Source of the DNA: Candidatus Thiodiazotropha sp.
Lineage (GTDB): Bacteria > Pseudomonadota > Gammaproteobacteria > Chromatiales > Chromatiaceae
DNA length: 64,000 bases
NCBI GenBank assembly: GCA_050291245.1
Contig: JBNKJP010000067.1
Span: 31,636-95,635 of the forward strand
Direction: 5' to 3'
Position 1 is the stretch's first letter. Every line of letters begins with the position of its first letter. The notes under the pieces are model-generated. The model was not told the DNA's origin. It ran no database searches and worked only from the letters and a program-made list of their open reading frames with translations. Both the position numbers and the translations under genes were made by a program. Below, piece by piece: positions 1-9,059 of this stretch.

Positions 1-2
1 TT

Positions 3-1685
3 GTATCAAGGTTTAGCAAACATCTCAGAATACTCAAACTGCTGATACTCACACTGCTGTTATCGAATTCAGGAAGCGCCTTCGCACGACTCACCTTTTC
101 ACCTGCCGACATCGACTTCGCCGAGGTCGATGTCGGCACCCCCAGCGATCCCCAGACAGTGATCCTGATCAACCTGGATGAGGTCACGATCACACTTCAC
201 GATATCACTACCGAGGGGGATTTCTCCCAGACCAACGATTGCGGCGCTCTACTACTCCCAGGCGCTCGATGTAGCGTTTCGGTGAGTTTCATTCCACAAT
301 CAGCCGGATCCCTCAGTGGTCAACTGGTCATCTCGACGGAAACTGACACCAGCCAGGTAACCTTGTCCGGTACCGCGCTGCCGACGGTAACCTATGTGAC
401 CAATCTGTTACTGCCCTATGTGGGTGAGGATCCCAATGCGATCTCCACCAGCCAGAGCATCGCCGCCGCCTGCCTCAGCGGTGAGATCAGCTCACAGATG
501 CAGGAAGACTGTAATGCGGTGGTCACGGCGGCCGCCCAGGGTGTTTCCGGGACAGGATCCGCACTCCTCCAGATCACTCCGGAATCCGCCACTAAGGCCA
601 ACCGAACCGCGCGCCAGGGCGGCGAGACCCAGTCGCGCAATCTCAGCACCCGGATCAATGCCTTGCGCGCCGGGGTGCGCGGGCTCTCCTTTCAAGGGCT
701 TGATCTGAAAATCCACGACCAGAATCTGCCCATTGGAAAGCTCGCCACGGCCTATCAGAAACAGCTACGTCGCGGCGTCGGCGCGAGTGGTGACAGTGCA
801 TTGCAGGAAAACCGCTTCGGCATCTTCTTTACCGGCGATATCTCCACCGGAAGCAAGAATAAGACCGATATCGAATCGGGACTCGATTTCGATACCTACG
901 GCATCACCCTGGGTGCGGACTACCGCTTCACTAATCAGTTCATCTTCGGTGCTGCGGTGGGATATATCGATACCAATACCACTTTGAGCAATGCCACAGG
1001 CAGTCTCGATACGACCGGCTACAGTGTCAGCCTGTATGGTACTTCCTACTGGAAAAAGCGTTACTTCTTCGATTTTTCCCTCAGTTACGGATCGAACCGT
1101 TTCGAACAGCGTCGCTTGGTTCAATACGAACTTGAAGGCTTGACGAGTGTGGACCAGGAAATGAAGTCGGACTATGACGGCTCGATGTTCAGCCTGTTTC
1201 TCGGTTCGGGTTACGATTTTCAATATGGTCCCTGGACCTTCGGCCCCCGTACGGACCTGGAGTATATCAGGTCGGACGTGGATAGCTTCAGCGAGCATGC
1301 ATCCGACCCGAACACCTCAGGAGGAGGCTGGGCCAACGGAATCGACACAACCGACCAGAAGTGGCTCACGGTCAACTTTGGCGGCAAGCTCTCCTATACC
1401 CATAGCACTTCATGGGGCGTGCTGGTGCCCTACACACGGCTCGATTGGCTGCATGAGTTCAAGGATGACGCCCAGGTGATCAATGCCTACTTCACCGACG
1501 ATCCCAGCGGCAATTCGATACGTATCGAAACCGACAATCCGGATCGGGACTACCTGCGCTTGCGTCTGGGAGCTTCAGCCCAGTTTCGCCAGGGCGTGAC
1601 ACTGTTCTTTGACTACGGCACTCTGATGGCGCACAGCAACTGGAGTTCCAACACTTACAACCTCGGCCTACGAATAAAATTCTGA
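3..1685 (+). CDS. Autotransporter outer-membrane beta-barrel protein with N-terminal choice-of-anchor D / ASH-like Ig passenger (5' end probably just outside the window)
   Basis: The frame is open from position 3 and reads SRFSKHLRILKLLILTLLLSNSGSAFA (signal peptide) then RLTFSPADIDFAEVDVG, so the track start at 159 is truncated. The Ig motif is TNDCGALLLPGARCSVSVSFIP. The C-terminal barrel has alternating aromatic strands and ends in LGLRIKF (terminal Phe). Confidence 0.85.
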   Translation, partial: VSRFSKHLRILKLLILTLLLSNSGSAFARLTFSPADIDFAEVDVGTPSDPQTVILINLDEVTITLHDITTEGDFSQTNDCGALLLPGARCSVSVSFIPQSAGSLSGQLVISTETDTSQVTLSGTALPTVTYVTNLLLPYVGEDPNAISTSQSIAAACLSGEISSQMQEDCNAVVTAAAQGVSGTGSALLQITPESATKANRTARQGGETQSRNLSTRINALRAGVRGLSFQGLDLKIHDQNLPIGKLATAYQKQLRRGVGASGDSALQENRFGIFFTGDISTGSKNKTDIESGLDFDTYGITLGADYRFTNQFIFGAAVGYIDTNTTLSNATGSLDTTGYSVSLYGTSYWKKRYFFDFSLSYGSNRFEQRRLVQYELEGLTSVDQEMKSDYDGSMFSLFLGSGYDFQYGPWTFGPRTDLEYIRSDVDSFSEHASDPNTSGGGWANGIDTTDQKWLTVNFGGKLSYTHSTSWGVLVPYTRLDWLHEFKDDAQVINAYFTDDPSGNSIRIETDNPDRDYLRLRLGASAQFRQGVTLFFDYGTLMAHSNWSSNTYNLGLRIKF

Positions 1686-1781
1686 TTCGGAGAATCCCGC
1701 AAATTACACCTGAATCCGTAAGACAGGGTTTAACCTGGAATTTTGAGCAGCCAATATTGGTAACCACATCGCGGAAAGATT

Positions 1782-1797
1782 TGTGACATAAGTCTCA
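1782..1797. promoter_or_regulatory. CRP/FNR-family-like binding site
   Basis: TGTGA-CATAAG-TCTCA is one mismatch from TGTGA-N6-TCACA and lies about 70 nt upstream of the lipoprotein ATG at 1870. Confidence 0.3.
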
Positions 1798-1869
1798 ACC
1801 CTCCCATCCAACAGATTCTAATAGCCGATGAACATGCCAGGATATGGGCATTGTTTGTATGGATTCGTC

Positions 1870-4551
1870 ATGAAAAGAATAAGTGGAATATTGGTAGGAA
1901 GCATCACCCTTCTCCTGATGGGATGTGGAGAAAGTTCCACGACCACGGAGAGTAACCATCCACCCACTATCGAAGGATCACCAGACACAAGCATCGTCGT
2001 CAACGAAAACTACCGTTTTATCCCTACGGCCCAGGACGAGGATGGGGACAATCTTAGTTTCAGTATTTTCAACAAACCCACTTGGTGCAGTTTCGATACA
2101 ACGACCGGGCAGCTATCCGGAAATCCTGGTTCCAGTGATATAGGAAACTATCCGGGTATTGTCATATCCGTCAGTGACGGAATCGCGGATACTTCCCTGC
2201 CCGCTTTCAACCTGAACGTATCAGAACAGCCCGACAGTGGTGCAAACCATCCACCAATCATTAGTGGCTCACCCGTCACGCAGATCGTTGTGCACGAAAG
2301 TTATCTTTTTACGCCCATTGCCTCGGTCGCGGATGGGGATACACTCTATTTTTAAATCGAAAACAGACCATCCTGGATCCAATTTGATGAAACAACCGGG
2401 CGGCTCTCCGGAGTTCCGGATAGCAGCGACCTGGGTCGCTACCCGAATATTTTAATCTCCGTCAACGACGGCAGCTCAAGCAGTGCACTACCGGCTTTCA
2501 GTCTTACAGTTGCCGAGAATAACGTAAATTCCCCGCCGGCCATCAGCGGTACACCTGCTACCAGCGTCACAGTTGACGACAGCTATACCTTCACACCTGT
2601 CGCAAATGATGCGAATAACGACACCCTGACCTTCAGTATTGCAAATACCCCTCCCTGGTGCCGTTTTAATACCACAACCGGTACGCTTGCAGGAGTTCCA
2701 GGGTTCGATGATATCGGCGAGTACTCAAATATCACAATTTCCGTCAGTGACGGCATAGACAGTGTCGCGTTACCTGCCTTCTCGATTACTGTACAATCAG
2801 AACCCACCGCCAGTTCAGACAGCCCTCCTCTGCTCAATTTCAGTGATTTGATCAGCGGACCGGACACAGGTATTGGTGACGCCTCGGGCAGTGGCGTGAT
2901 TGTGACCGTATGGGGTCAATTCCTCGGGGCATCCCAGGGAACATCGAGCATCGAGTATTGCGATAGCACAGCCACCTGTCGTGCCGGTCATGTCTATTAC
3001 TGGAAGCACGCCGATGGCGTCCTGCCGGGCGGTCCCGCCAACCTGTATGCATCCCACCGTATGCAAGAGATCGCATTTTCGATACCCGATTCAGCCAGTG
3101 GCGCAGGCATGATCAAGGTAACGGTTGGAAGCGACAGCACAACGCTGCCGTTTACCGTACGCCCAGGCAATATCTATCATGTCAAATCAAGCGGTAATGA
3201 CACGACAGGGGATGGATCCTTCGGCAATCCGTGGGCCAGCGTCGGTAACGCTCTGAATCAAATAGAGAGCCCAGGCAGTACACTGTATGTTCACGACAGC
3301 CTGGTCTCCGACAGTAACCCACATCGGGCTGTTTACTGGAACAAAACAGCGGCTTCCAGCGGATTGAGTAACCAATTCAGCATCGTTGCCTATCCGGGCT
3401 CACATCCAAAGGCAGTGGGATATTCCGGATTTCGTAACTACACCACGGAAGGTCAGGTTGTCTCGAAGTATGAAGTCTATGCCTCCGAGTGCGACGAGGA
3501 TAGCCAGGGTCAACCGACCAACTGCGCGGCAACCCCATCACTGAATTTGACTTATGGCATCCAGACGTCAGCCTATGGCCGTGCCGTGGGAAATGCCATT
3601 ACTGACAGGCCCGGGGGTTGCGCCGACGGACAACAAGGCGCCATCAGTGGCAATGCACTCAACGGCAGAGACCGGGTCTCCGGTTATCAGATCCTGGGCA
3701 ATGAGGTGTATGAGTATGGTTGCACCGGATCCACCAAATTTCACCACACAACCTATCTCTCCATACGCAGTGGAAACGACAACTTACAAATCGATCCCTG
3801 GCGATTCGGTTGGAACTATCTGCATGACAACCACACCAAAAACGGCATTCATCAATATGACGAGAACAACAGCGGGACACTGTGCGGCAGTCCTAAGGGT
3901 ACGGTTATCATCAATGACAATGTCATCATCAATCAAAGTGGCGCCGGCATCAATATCGGCGCAAACTGTCCCTGGTCCAATGACTTTCAGGTCTACAACA
4001 ATGTCCTTGTGAATTTCGGCCTGGCGTTTGACTGGGACGGTATCGATCCCAATACGACCAATGGTCCAAACACCTCGGGCATCTCGGTCCAGGACGGTGG
4101 GCTCATGGGCACAGTTGAGATCTATAACAATACCATCCATACCTGGAATGATGACGATTTGGCAAACGATACTCAGGCCTGCCTGGGAGTTCAGGGTAAA
4201 GGTGACAATGTCAGTATCGTTTGGAATAACAATGTTTGTTACACCAACAAAGACAAACCGTTTTTTGCCGCGGGATGTTGTGGCGCCGATGTGCAGCTCG
4301 ATAATGCCAGCGGTGGGAATAATCTGTGGTACTACAGCGGGAGCTCACCTGCGAATGCCATACCTCCCGGCTGGGATACAAACGGCAGCACCGAGAACCC
4401 CCTGCTTTCAGTCGTCGCTTCCATCCTGACAATCGACGAGGGATCTCCGCTTATTGGAGGGGATACCTCCCAACGTTTGTCGAATGATATTTATGGCGTA
4501 TCGAGATCCACGGATTCCGCGATCGGCGCAGTACAATACAGACCCGAATAG
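1870..4551 (+). pseudogene. Large lipoprotein (3 putative-Ig/cadherin-like repeats, IPT-like domain, right-handed beta-helix) interrupted by an in-frame TAA at 2353-2355
   Basis: Lipobox MKRISGILVGSITLLLMG-C. Track ORFs 1828..2355 and 2848..4551 share one frame, which continues cleanly after the TAA (IENRPSWIQFDETTGRLSG) and completes repeats 2 and 3. About 893 aa if intact. Could be a sequencing error. Confidence 0.8.
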
Positions 4552-4570
4552 TCATTTACCCTGCGACGGT

Positions 4571-4658
4571 GTCGCCTGGATGGAGCGTAATGAAATCCAG
4601 GGAAAGACTCAAGCAAGTCCATCCCATCCTGGATTCCGCTGCGCGCCATCCAGGCTAC
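4571..4658. repeat. REP-like inverted pair (GTCGCCTGGATGGAGCG...AATCCAGG family)
   Basis: gtcgcctggatggagcgtaatgaaatccagg (4571-4601) and its imperfect inverted copy tcctggattccgctgcgcgccatccaggctac (4627-4658). Confidence 0.7.
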
Positions 4659-4673
4659 TGAAGAACTTCCAAT

Positions 4674-4704
4674 AAAAAACCCGGCAGATGATCTGCCGGG
4701 TTTT
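4674..4704. terminator. Bidirectional rho-independent terminator
   Basis: AAAAAACCCGGCAGAT-G-ATCTGCCGGGTTTT, a perfect stem with A and T tails between convergent genes. Confidence 0.85.
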
Positions 4705-4731
4705 GATTGGTTAAGCTGGTGATCGGCGCGA

Positions 4732-5709
4732 TCAGTTCAGCTTGGCCGGGTTCTCGGTTTCACCACCCAGCAGGCTGTACTCAACCAGAGAACCGTCATA
4801 GAGCTTGGTGTTCTTGTTGCCGACGATCTCGGAGCTGACGAACCATACACCGGAGGCCAGATGTCCGGTGTTACAATAGGCGATCGTTGCCGCTTCCGGG
4901 TTCAGACCCTTTGCCTTCATCATGGATTTATAACTCTCGGCAGGCAGAAAGCGCGCCGAGGCGCCATCGGCGGTCGTCAGCAGATCAGGTGACATGTCCT
5001 TTGCGCCTTTGAGGTGACCGGAGAGTTCACCCTTTTTGGTAAAGACACCCATGTACTGGTTTTGCGGGCGGGCATCGGCCAGTTGTGCCTTCTTGTCCTT
5101 GAGGGCCTGTTTCACCTCGGCATAGGTCGCCATCACGCTCGCATCCTCTTTGGTAGCCGTCCAATCACCGGGCTGACCGGCCGGTGCATCGGTGGCTGCG
5201 GGATTACCCTCCGCCAACCACTCCGCCATGCCGCCGTTCAGAACCGCCATGTTGGCGTGGCCGTAGTATTTGAACTGCCAGTAGAGTCGGGCCGCCTGGT
5301 CCACGTCAGCCGTGTCGAGACCGGCCGGGACGAATACAATCGCGGAATCCTTGTTGACGCCCCAGGACTGAGCCAGTTTTTCGAAATCGGCCTTCAGGGG
5401 GATCAGTTTCTTGACCTTTTTACCCTGGACATCGCGAGATACCCGAACCTTCTTGAAATCGACAAAATGGGCGCCCGGAATATGACCGGACACGCTTTTC
5501 ACCACAATCTTGCCTTCTTTTTTGGCAACTTCCGGGGCTTTCGTGAAGGCCTCAAGGGGGCCACTGACCTGAAGGATGGTGACCTCACTCTGATGTGCCT
5601 TGAGCCATGCGGCATCGACCACCGGAGATTTGATCTCGATAGCCTGGGCGCCCTGAAAGACGCTGGCACCAAGCACCACCAGGCTGGCCATAATGCTGTT
5701 TATCTTCAT
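4732..5709 (-). CDS. Secreted (periplasmic) two-domain rhodanese/sulfurtransferase, SseA-like
   Basis: Sec signal MKINSIMASLVVLGASVFQGAQA; GHIPGA; LNGGMAEW; DARP; catalytic loop YCNTGHLAS; LYDGS; RBS AAGGAG. Confidence 0.9.
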   Translation of the reverse strand: MKINSIMASLVVLGASVFQGAQAIEIKSPVVDAAWLKAHQSEVTILQVSGPLEAFTKAPEVAKKEGKIVVKSVSGHIPGAHFVDFKKVRVSRDVQGKKVKKLIPLKADFEKLAQSWGVNKDSAIVFVPAGLDTADVDQAARLYWQFKYYGHANMAVLNGGMAEWLAEGNPAATDAPAGQPGDWTATKEDASVMATYAEVKQALKDKKAQLADARPQNQYMGVFTKKGELSGHLKGAKDMSPDLLTTADGASARFLPAESYKSMMKAKGLNPEAATIAYCNTGHLASGVWFVSSEIVGNKNTKLYDGSLVEYSLLGGETENPAKLN

Positions 5710-5790
5710 ACTTAACTACTCCTTAAGACAAGTTACGTGTTGTAAAAAAACCGGCAAAAACTTCATTTGCAGGGATAGACCTGAATGTAC

Positions 5791-6492
5791 TCAGGACAAA
5801 AATCTTCGTTTTGCCTCGTTCTGAACCGACAAAAGCAGCGGTGGCAAATCCAGGGGCAGTTCACTCAGCACATGGATGTCCCGATTCGCCAGTATGGGAT
5901 TGGAATCGGCCTGCATCGCCCCGGCGGAGGCAATCTTCCCGTCACGTTGCCGTAACAGGGTTTCGGCGTGGGGGCGTAGCAGTGTCACCATGGCATTCAA
6001 CCATTGCGCAACCAGCCAAGAGGGGCGCGCGCGATTGATCTCCCATTGTTCGTCAAGACGCTGCAGTATCTGATGGGCCGGTTGTATCTTCTCGTCGGTT
6101 ACCCAGCCATTGGTGGCAAACACACCGATCGGAAACCCTTGGGTATTCATGGAGAGTGCCATAATGTGAGTAAACTCACCCTCAGCCTGGGGGCGGAAAA
6201 AGAGGTGGAAATGGCCATGCTCATTTCGCTCCCAGTCTTCCGGGTCGTGGGTATGGTAATAGTACATGGCGCCCGTGTGAGCATCGCGGCAATCGTCTTG
6301 CGGGTAGTGAACCCAGGCCCGGGTGGGTCCTTCACCCTGGTCACGCAGCAATTCCCCTAGCAACGAGAGATGCTCACTGGAGAGCGCCTGTTGGATAGTC
6401 AACAACGTCTCAGCGGCCTCGGCCACCCGATCGAATTGAGGTTCGTTCAGGGTGTTGAGCCAGTCGGCGTAGTCGATTATCTCAGTCGGCAT
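5791..6492 (-). CDS. Uncharacterised His-motif protein (DUF6969-like), 233 aa
   Basis: Likely start MPTEIIDY at 6492, 13 nt after the repeat-peptide stop; the track extension to 6747 is a shadow frame of the repeat gene. Motifs YYYHTH and EHGHFHLF. The DUF name is recalled, not searched. Confidence 0.75.
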   Translation of the reverse strand: MPTEIIDYADWLNTLNEPQFDRVAEAAETLLTIQQALSSEHLSLLGELLRDQGEGPTRAWVHYPQDDCRDAHTGAMYYYHTHDPEDWERNEHGHFHLFFRPQAEGEFTHIMALSMNTQGFPIGVFATNGWVTDEKIQPAHQILQRLDEQWEINRARPSWLVAQWLNAMVTLLRPHAETLLRQRDGKIASAGAMQADSNPILANRDIHVLSELPLDLPPLLLSVQNEAKRRFLS

Positions 6493-6505
6493 GCAATACG
6501 CACGA

Positions 6506-6859
6506 TCAGTTTCGGGCGGGTGCGCAGGGGTTCTCTCCCCGGCTTGCCGGTGCGCAGGGATTTTCACCCCGAGATACCGGTGCGCAGGGATTCTCCCCGC
6601 GAGCCGGTGCACAGGGATTTCCTCCACGAGCGGCCGGTGCACAGGGATTTTCTCCCCGAGCGGCCGGTGCGCAGGGATTTTCACCGCGGGTAGGCGCACA
6701 AGGATTTTCGCCCCGGGCCAAGGCACTGGGAACAACCACTGAGGCAATGGGTTCCGGCAAGGGCGCGACGCCCAGCATACTGGCCGTCAGGGCGGTGACG
6801 GAGAGCGTCATAAGACGGCGATGTCTGCGAATGCGATGTGAGTCTGTAGGATGCTTCAT
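6506..6859 (-). CDS. Secreted Cys-containing tandem-repeat peptide (7 x RG[E/G]NPCAP)
   Basis: A 48-aa leader (Arg-rich N-region, hydrophobic stretch, ALA cleavage-like site) is followed by 7 repeats. The DNA repeats differ mainly at third codon positions in this frame, which indicates selection on this peptide. Confidence 0.85.
   Translation of the reverse strand: MKHPTDSHRIRRHRRLMTLSVTALTASMLGVAPLPEPIASVVVPSALARGENPCAPTRGENPCAPAARGENPCAPAARGGNPCAPARGENPCAPVSRGENPCAPASRGENPCAPARN
6509..6715 (-). repeat. Coding tandem repeat, 7 units of 27-30 nt
   Basis: Seven tgc[g/a]ca[g/a]gg[a/g]tt-type units on the + strand encode GENPCAP on the - strand. Confidence 0.9.
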
Positions 6860-6918
6860 GGTTTCACGTTTATTTCATTCTGTCTGTTGCGAGTCAAATT
6901 CGGGCGTCGGGACGAGCG

Positions 6919-7482
6919 TCATTCCACATCTTCATGCATTGACCTGTGCCTGGGGCTCAGAAGGAAAATCACGGCGGCCAACAGTCCCATGGCAGCAACG
7001 ATAATCCAGGGTGAGACGCCAAACAGTACCGGCAGTGTCTTCTCGTTCATCTCACCGGAGTGCAGAAGCCTCTGCATCCACGCACTATCATATTCGTAGG
7101 AAAAACCCCAGATTCCCAGCACCATGCCCAGAGCAAAGACAATGCCGTCGATGCGCCCCGACATGGCGCCTACCACTGAAGTCCCCGGGCAGTAACCGCC
7201 GATTGCCATACCGAGACCGATGAGCACCCCCCCGGCTACCGCAGCACCCAGAACGGTACGGGGTATATAGAATCCCTGAGAGTCAAAGGTGTTGTCGAGC
7301 TGGAGCCAAAGAATACCCGCCGCTGCCACCACGATGGCGGTAAACATCACCTTGAGAACGGACCAGTCCGTGAGATGAAACTGTGCCGTGAGTTTCTTGG
7401 GTGAGGCAAAACCGGCCTGTTCCAAGACATATCCGAAGAGCATACCCGAAGCGAGTGCTGTACCGGCCGAACCATAGTCCAT
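6919..7482 (-). CDS. YeeE/YedE thiosulfate/sulfur-compound transporter family protein (second half of a split pair)
   Basis: Multi-TM protein with GMAIGGYCPGT motif. Its ATG overlaps the upstream stop (TAATG at 7484-7480). Confidence 0.85.
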   Translation of the reverse strand: MDYGSAGTALASGMLFGYVLEQAGFASPKKLTAQFHLTDWSVLKVMFTAIVVAAAGILWLQLDNTFDSQGFYIPRTVLGAAVAGGVLIGLGMAIGGYCPGTSVVGAMSGRIDGIVFALGMVLGIWGFSYEYDSAWMQRLLHSGEMNEKTLPVLFGVSPWIIVAAMGLLAAVIFLLSPRHRSMHEDVE

Positions 7483-7997
7483 TACCAAACCCTCCGCAGC
7501 ATCAGGCTCATCAGCAGACCGCTGATAAAGAATGCGAGCAGGAAGGAGAAGCCGCCGATGCTCAACATAGCGCCTCCCGACAGTCCCAGCCCACTGGTGC
7601 AGCCGGCGGCGATTCGGGAACCAAAACCCGCAAGTACGCCGCCGATCAGTGCAAGAAAAACCCTTGAGGGGGCACGGATCTTACCCGTGCCATCCATTTG
7701 CAGACGAAACCGACCGGCATTGAGGGCAGCCAGCAGAGCACCGATGGCGATACCGATGACCTCAACTACAATCCAGGATGCCAGGGGATTGGCCCCCTTT
7801 GCCACCATTCCGCCAAGATAGGCATTGTGAGCGGTTGCCTCCGGCGCGAGACTCATGCCCAGGTAGGCGGCGATGCGTGCAAACACCCCCGATGCGCCGA
7901 CACCGTTACCGACCAGCACAAAGGTGAGGATGACAACCAGGCCCAACACGATGCCTGCGATATAGGGGGGCCAATAGGGACGGATAGGACCTGCCAC
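7482..7997 (-). CDS. YeeE/YedE family protein (first half of a split pair)
   Basis: GFGSRIAAGCTSGLG motif and TM helices. GTG start at 7997 has an AGGAG RBS. Confidence 0.85.
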   Translation of the reverse strand: MAGPIRPYWPPYIAGIVLGLVVILTFVLVGNGVGASGVFARIAAYLGMSLAPEATAHNAYLGGMVAKGANPLASWIVVEVIGIAIGALLAALNAGRFRLQMDGTGKIRAPSRVFLALIGGVLAGFGSRIAAGCTSGLGLSGGAMLSIGGFSFLLAFFISGLLMSLMLRRVW

Positions 7998-8139
7998 AGT
8001 ATTGCTCCTGACTGTATGGACAGACACAACGAACCGCCATAACAAGATTTGAGTTTCGACTTGTTTGAGAATGGTACTAAGGGATTTCCCTAGACAGAAG
8101 CGCTGGCCTTACTGGGAACCGCATCTTCTGTTGTTATTG

Positions 8140-8186
8140 GGAATTGTGTCACAAATTCCATTCTCAACAATGTGGATTCTATCACA
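8140..8186. promoter_or_regulatory. Operator-like palindrome plus CRP-like site upstream of the yeeE operon
   Basis: GGAATTGTGTCACAAATTCC (8140-8159; core TTGTG-T-CACAA) and TGTGG-ATTCTA-TCACA (8171-8186). Confidence 0.35.
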
Positions 8187-8215
8187 TCCACCTTGCCTGT
8201 AACTCCGTTAGCGAT

Positions 8216-8992
8216 TCAGTCATCCGTTTTCTGCGCGGCCAGGATCAGGCGCCCCAGGAATTCGCTCACCAGTTCCGATGCCGGCACACCCTGCTTCCCT
8301 TGTCTAAGATCGGCTTTCTGATCAAACAGCAGGTTCATCGGGAGAATCCCCCTTACCCGACCTTGATGTTGATAGCACATGTCGTAGACGACCTTCGAGA
8401 CCTGGACCGGCAAAGCCACGTGCCGTGTTGTCTTGGGACTGGGCACGCTACAGTGGCGAGGATCCGAAACCACTAGAAATTCCCGACAGCTGATGGGCCG
8501 CTCCGGATGAATACTGCAGGACTGCTCGTCCAGAAAGGGACAGGGCAGATTCAGTTTGAAATAGCCCAGACCGGCCCTACGCAGCTCAGTACGGTCATTT
8601 TCCGTCAAGGCATATTCCAGAACCTCGCTCAGCCCACTGTCGCGAAATTGCTTTAGGTTATGCTCGAAACGCGCCCGGACGATCCGTTGACGCACTTCGG
8701 GCATACGATCGACCAGCGCCAACAGGGCAAAGCCTTCGGCGCGGCTGATCGGCACCAGCTGCGAACAGCAGGCGTCACAGCCGTTGCGACAGGATATCCG
8801 CTCCCCTGCCGCCTCGGTGATCCGTGCCGTCACCGAAATCACCTTGTTGGTGATATCCTGAAAGAGCGGTAACAGATCGTGTATCTGCACCGGTTCCTCG
8901 GAAATATCGGCGGAAAACCGCATGATTTCATCACCCAGTGGCACCTGGGCCTCTACCCGCTTGGTGCCGGGAAGGTTGTTTTGTTCACTCAA
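8216..8992 (-). CDS. YkgJ family cysteine-cluster protein (putative Fe-S/Zn binding)
   Basis: CRNGCDACC ... CPFLDEQSCSIHPERPISCR pattern. Confidence 0.85.
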   Translation of the reverse strand: MSEQNNLPGTKRVEAQVPLGDEIMRFSADISEEPVQIHDLLPLFQDITNKVISVTARITEAAGERISCRNGCDACCSQLVPISRAEGFALLALVDRMPEVRQRIVRARFEHNLKQFRDSGLSEVLEYALTENDRTELRRAGLGYFKLNLPCPFLDEQSCSIHPERPISCREFLVVSDPRHCSVPSPKTTRHVALPVQVSKVVYDMCYQHQGRVRGILPMNLLFDQKADLRQGKQGVPASELVSEFLGRLILAAQKTDD

Positions 8993-9059
8993 TGTTCAGT
9001 ACCCGGTGCTATGATCCACCAATGGATCGGGATGACGGCTGACATAATACTCAAATACC

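Noticed and set aside
6509-6715. Possible CRISPR array
   Set aside because: The repeats abut each other without unique spacers, are in-frame coding, and no cas genes are present.
6493-6747. 85-aa N-terminal extension of the His-motif ORF (IPAHR repeats)
   Set aside because: It is an alternative frame of the NPCAP repeat gene; the synonymous variation supports the NPCAP frame.
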